Made by a program: the position numbers and the translations under genes | Assembly: GCA_963836185.1 (NCBI GenBank) | Contig: CAWIIQ010000002.1 | Location: 64,001 to 128,000, forward strand | Direction of reading: 5' to 3' | DNA length: 64,000 nucleotides | DNA from: Candidatus Krumholzibacteriia bacterium | GTDB lineage: Bacteria; Krumholzibacteriota; Krumholzibacteriia; Krumholzibacteriales; Krumholzibacteriaceae | Shown here: positions 60,261-64,000 of the stretch, one piece after another | Numbering within the stretch: the stretch's first letter is position 1 | Layout of the letters: each line of letters opens with the position of its first letter | Notes under the pieces: generated by a model | Seen by the model: the letters and a program-made list of their open reading frames with translations, nothing else | What the model was told of the DNA's origin: nothing | Database searches by the model: none

Positions 60261-61368
60261 TTCTCCAGGCATATATATCCACGTTCCTTTCTGCAGGACA
60301 AAATGCGCCTACTGTGATTTCTATTCCGTGACAGATTGCGATACTGCCGAAAGGTACATTCGCGCCGTTGAGACAGAGGCAGAACTGCGGGGCGAGGAGA
60401 TCTCCGGGCCAGCCGGGTCGCTCTATGTCGGAGGGGGGACTCCCTCGGCGATCGACCCGGAGCTTGTCTCGATGTTGCCGGGGATCGTATCCCGGTCGCA
60501 CGGCCTCGAGTCCGGAGCGGAAATCACGATCGAGGTCAACCCCGACGATATAACGCCGGCCGCGCTCGAGGCGTATCTCGCCGCCGGATTCAACCGGATA
60601 AGCATCGGTGTCCAGTCGTTCGACGACGAGGAACTGGCGTTTCTCGGAAGGCGCCACGACGCCTCTGGAGCCGCGGCGGCGATTGAAGCGGCCAGAGGAG
60701 CTGGCTTCGGAAGTATCGGGATCGATCTTATCTTCGGGTCCGCGCGGCAGACTGTCGAGAGCTGGAGAGAAAGCCTGGACAGGGCTCTCGGATTCGAACT
60801 CGAGCACATCTCGTGTTATCAGCTCACACTTGAGCCAGGTACGCCTCTCGGAGAGAGGATGCTGGCCGGCGATTCAGTCTGCGCTGAGGAAGAGGTCCAG
60901 AGGGAGATGTTCCTTGAGGCTTCGAGTGTGCTCTCCGGCGGAGGCTATACTCACTACGAGGTCTCGAACTTCGCCCGGGGCGGGGAGAATCGCTCGAGGC
61001 ACAACACACGTTACTGGAGCAGGGTGCCGTATCTCGGCCTCGGCCCTTCGGCACATTCGTTCGACGGCCGGGTCAGGCGCTGGAACCACAATTCTGTGGA
61101 CATGTGGCTCGGTGCGCTTGAAAGGGGAGAGATCCCTCTCGGTGGTGAGGAAGAGCTCACCGTTGATCAGGTAAGGGCCGAACGGCTGATGCTCGGGTTC
61201 AGGACGGTGCTGGGCGTCGAGACAGAGCTTCTCAGGGAACACCCCGGCTGGGAGGAGACTCTCGAGGAGCTTCTCGAGATCCCCCTCGCGACTGTCGAAG
61301 ATGACCGGGTCGTTCCGAACGTCGAGGGATTCCTCGTCGCCGATCAACTGCCGCTTCTGTTCATGTGA
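60253..61368 (+). CDS. hemW: Radical-SAM heme chaperone HemW
   Basis: YIHVPFC..KC.YCDF, GGGTPS, RISIGVQSF, HYEVSN, HNTRYW; follows lepA. Confidence 0.92.
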   Translation: MNDSPGIYIHVPFCRTKCAYCDFYSVTDCDTAERYIRAVETEAELRGEEISGPAGSLYVGGGTPSAIDPELVSMLPGIVSRSHGLESGAEITIEVNPDDITPAALEAYLAAGFNRISIGVQSFDDEELAFLGRRHDASGAAAAIEAARGAGFGSIGIDLIFGSARQTVESWRESLDRALGFELEHISCYQLTLEPGTPLGERMLAGDSVCAEEEVQREMFLEASSVLSGGGYTHYEVSNFARGGENRSRHNTRYWSRVPYLGLGPSAHSFDGRVRRWNHNSVDMWLGALERGEIPLGGEEELTVDQVRAERLMLGFRTVLGVETELLREHPGWEETLEELLEIPLATVEDDRVVPNVEGFLVADQLPLLFM

Positions 61369-61462
61369 CCCTGGATTTCTCTCATTGTCATATTGGATGA
61401 TATCCGATAAAGTGCCGGGCGGAAAGACGCAACAGCGGCGGGGACAGCTTTGCAGGGGGATC

Positions 61463-62242
61463 ATGTCCGGAACGATGCAGGCCAAGGAAACAGTATCCTT
61501 TGAGGAAGTGATCTCCAGGCTGCCTGCCGCCTTCCGCCTCGCTGAGTTGCGGTTGAAAAGGCTCAGATCTCTCATCGACATACCGGATAACGCCAGGCTG
61601 CTTGATATCGGAGCGGCGCAGGGAGAGTACGTAGCCGCGTACAGGAACCTTGGATATGAGGCTGTCGGCGTCGAACCCTGGGATGAGGCGAGATCGGTCG
61701 CGGCCCGGCTCTCGGAACACCTCTCTGTCCCGCTCGAGATAAGGAAGGGCAGGGCGGAGGAGCTGCCTTTCGAAGACGGGACATTCGATGTCGTGATATG
61801 TACTTCCGTGCTGGAGCATGTCGAGGATCTGGACGCGACGATCTCCGAGGTATACCGGGTGCTCGGGCCGGGCGGCATCTTCTGGTTCAACACTGCCAGC
61901 TCGATATGCCCCCGGACGTCAGAGATAGCCGGATTCCCCCTTTTCGGATGGTATCCCGACCGTCTCAAGATCAGGATAATGAACTGGGCGAAGGTCAAGA
62001 GGCCGGAACTTGTCGGTTATACGGAGAATCCGGCGATACACTGGTTCACTCCCTGGAAAGCCCGGAGGATCCTCAGGAAGCACGGGTTCAGGGAGGTCTA
62101 CGACAGGTGGGATGTCAGCAGGGCCTATACCTCTGCCGGGACCAGAGCGTTTGTCTTCAAGGTGATCGCGGGGGGCGGGAGAATCACGAAATTTCTCGCC
62201 GATGTGATCAAGACAGGATGTAACTACACGGCAGTCAAGTAG
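61463..62242 (+). CDS. Class I SAM-dependent methyltransferase
   Basis: LLDIGAAQG, AEELPFEDGTFD, SVLEHV, RVLGPGG. Confidence 0.88.
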   Translation: MSGTMQAKETVSFEEVISRLPAAFRLAELRLKRLRSLIDIPDNARLLDIGAAQGEYVAAYRNLGYEAVGVEPWDEARSVAARLSEHLSVPLEIRKGRAEELPFEDGTFDVVICTSVLEHVEDLDATISEVYRVLGPGGIFWFNTASSICPRTSEIAGFPLFGWYPDRLKIRIMNWAKVKRPELVGYTENPAIHWFTPWKARRILRKHGFREVYDRWDVSRAYTSAGTRAFVFKVIAGGGRITKFLADVIKTGCNYTAVK

Positions 62243-62250
62243 CGATCCCC

Positions 62251-64000
62251 CTACCTGAGAAGGATCATCTTCTTCGTAAGCGAATGCCCGCCCGATGTCA
62301 TCGTGCAGAAATATACTCCTGATGAGACAGGCCTGCCGTCCGAATCATTTCCGTTCCACACGGCCTCATGTGCTCCTTCCCCGAGACGTTCATCGACGAG
62401 TGTCCTGATGAGCACGCCGCGCGCGTCATAGATACGCAGCCGCACGGAGCCCTCTCTGTCGAGGCCGAAGCGGACCGTCGTCGAGGGATTGAACGGGTTG
62501 GGCCAGTTCTGGGACATGAACGGCAGGGCGGGAGGCGATATGCCCGAGGTGACATTGCTGTGGTCACAGAGGATCCAGCCGTCGGGATCGAACAGGACGG
62601 CTGTGGCAAGTTCCGCTGTCTCGATGATAAACGATTCCTCCGGCTCATCGATCCAGAGGACCGTATCTGCCCCGGCCGTTCCGTACGAGATCCGGAAATC
62701 GACAGGCATCGTATATGACGGTTCGACGAGCTGTCTCACATAGATGGAGAGGAAGTTGCGGCCCTCTTCCTCCCAGGAGTTCCATTGCCACTGGTAGGCA
62801 AGCCTGTCGACGCGGGTCAGCCATGGATCGAAGAACCAGTCAAGCTGTCCGCCGTAGAAGCCCTCGAAAAATGCCTCGAACTCTTCGCTGTCCGCGTTGC
62901 CGTAGCTGAACTGAGGGTCGGCGAGATATGCTCTAGTCGCGTCGAAGAAATCCTCGTCGCCCATCACATGCCTGAGCATGTGAACGATCCACGCGCCCTT
63001 GTCGTAGACTACGCGGTTGAAGTAGTACCACGGATCATCGCTGTCGGGATCGCGCAGCACAGGGCCGTCCCAGTAACCCGGCGTGTCCATCGTCTCCATG
63101 TATGCCTTCAGGTCCCCCGGGCCGCCGAGATGCTCGAACCAGAGGGCCTCGGTGTAACTCGCCCAGCCTTCGTTGAGCCAGATGTGGGTCCAGTCGGCGC
63201 AGGTGACCTGGTCACCGAACCACTGGTGCCCCAGCTCGTGGATCCAGAGCCAGTCGTACCTGTGATCGCCGGTCAGGAGCATCGATCCATAGCTCGTAAG
63301 GGTCTGGTGCTCCATCCCCCCGCCTACCTGGCAGATGGCGACGCCGTATTTTTCGTTGACGAACGGATACATCCCGTAGAGCGATGAGAAGAAATCGAGG
63401 GCTGGAACCGAGATATCCAGGTCGATCGCCGCTTGCGCCGCGAGGTGCGGGTATACGTAATTGGTCACCTGCATAGTCTCGCCGGGCGCGTAGATGAACT
63501 GATCGGTCAAGAGGGTGTATTCCGATGCCGAGATCGAGAAGAGATAGGTGGACATGTCGTAATTTTCTTTCCACGTGTACCGACTGAACGGCTCGCCCCA
63601 GCATATCGTGTCGGCCTGGCCGATGAAGTCACCGTTTGAAGCGGCGAACATGCCGGGCCTGACGGACAGGGCGATATCGAATGTCGCCTTGTCGTCGGGA
63701 TAATCCTTGCACGGCCACCACGTCCTGGCGCTCCACGGCTCGCTCAGCGAGTAGATGACCCGGCCCGAATCATGGGTCCTTATAAACAGCCCCGTATCCG
63801 GAGCCATAGTCGGACTGCCCTCGTAGAAGACCGTTACAGTCGTCCGCTCTCCCGAGGCGAGGCCGGCCGGCAGATCAACGGTGAGGACATCTCCGTTTCG
63901 CGAGAATCCGAGGGGCCCGGACCCTTCCTCCTCGACCGAGAGTATCGAAAGGACCGGATCGGCGTTGAGATCGATCTGGAAAAGGGAGTCGGCTGCGCTC
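62251..64000 (-). CDS. M1 aminopeptidase with FlgD-Ig/T9SS-like tail (5' end outside window)
   Basis: WWPCKD.P.DK, GGMEHQT, HELGHQW..NEG, YDKG, QNWPNPFNP...SGVYF. The frame appears open upstream of 63807. Confidence 0.92.
   Translation of the reverse strand, partial: SAADSLFQIDLNADPVLSILSVEEEGSGPLGFSRNGDVLTVDLPAGLASGERTTVTVFYEGSPTMAPDTGLFIRTHDSGRVIYSLSEPWSARTWWPCKDYPDDKATFDIALSVRPGMFAASNGDFIGQADTICWGEPFSRYTWKENYDMSTYLFSISASEYTLLTDQFIYAPGETMQVTNYVYPHLAAQAAIDLDISVPALDFFSSLYGMYPFVNEKYGVAICQVGGGMEHQTLTSYGSMLLTGDHRYDWLWIHELGHQWFGDQVTCADWTHIWLNEGWASYTEALWFEHLGGPGDLKAYMETMDTPGYWDGPVLRDPDSDDPWYYFNRVVYDKGAWIVHMLRHVMGDEDFFDATRAYLADPQFSYGNADSEEFEAFFEGFYGGQLDWFFDPWLTRVDRLAYQWQWNSWEEEGRNFLSIYVRQLVEPSYTMPVDFRISYGTAGADTVLWIDEPEESFIIETAELATAVLFDPDGWILCDHSNVTSGISPPALPFMSQNWPNPFNPSTTVRFGLDREGSVRLRIYDARGVLIRTLVDERLGEGAHEAVWNGNDSDGRPVSSGVYFCTMTSGGHSLTKKMILLR

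Noticed and set aside
1-64000. CRISPR arrays, IS elements, prophage or defence systems
   Set aside because: No spaced direct repeats, transposases, integrases or phage-like genes recognised.

Overview
A GC-rich bacterial chromosomal window with no mobile elements or CRISPR arrays detected. The organism is probably an anaerobic member of the FCB group. Krumholzibacteriota/Latescibacterota-like affinity is inferred from the FlgD-Ig/T9SS-like C-terminal tails, the 'SWGAIK' tails and a class I Hcp. Contents in order: a partial PadR gene divergent from a TetR-TolC-MFP-AcrB efflux operon; a lipid-linked glycosylation block (two GT-C enzymes, GT2, flippase-like protein, pyruvyltransferase-FrhB fusion); a surface-protein locus with a Cys-rich dockerin-repeat protein, three secreted proteins sharing a C-terminal TEExxWGAIK tag and a PorU/gingipain-like C25 peptidase; peptidoglycan-recycling genes (degenerate AnmK-like, SpoIID, NagZ); tRNA-Asp; an RRM protein; peptide catabolism genes (C69, MFSD1-like MFS, S9-thioredoxin fusion); PFK, RlmD, GT4/DegT genes; a hidden UGA-readthrough selenoprotein with a SECIS-like hairpin; a candidate ~120-nt ncRNA with its own promoter; rhomboid, nfi, an AT-rich serine hydrolase, a beta-CASP nuclease, an aspartyl protease-PDZ protein, tldD/pmbA, M28, duplicated LiaF-like membrane genes, class V aminotransferase, UbiE/MenG, Crp/Fnr-hcp, lepA, hemW, a methyltransferase and a partial M1 peptidase. 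The best candidates for novel biology are (1) the WGAIK-tag / dockerin / C25 putative surface sorting system, (2) the UPPC selenoprotein lipoprotein and (3) the ncRNA at 39672-39794. Several single-base frameshifts, including one in lepA, look like sequencing errors. All family assignments are by motif recognition; no searches were run.
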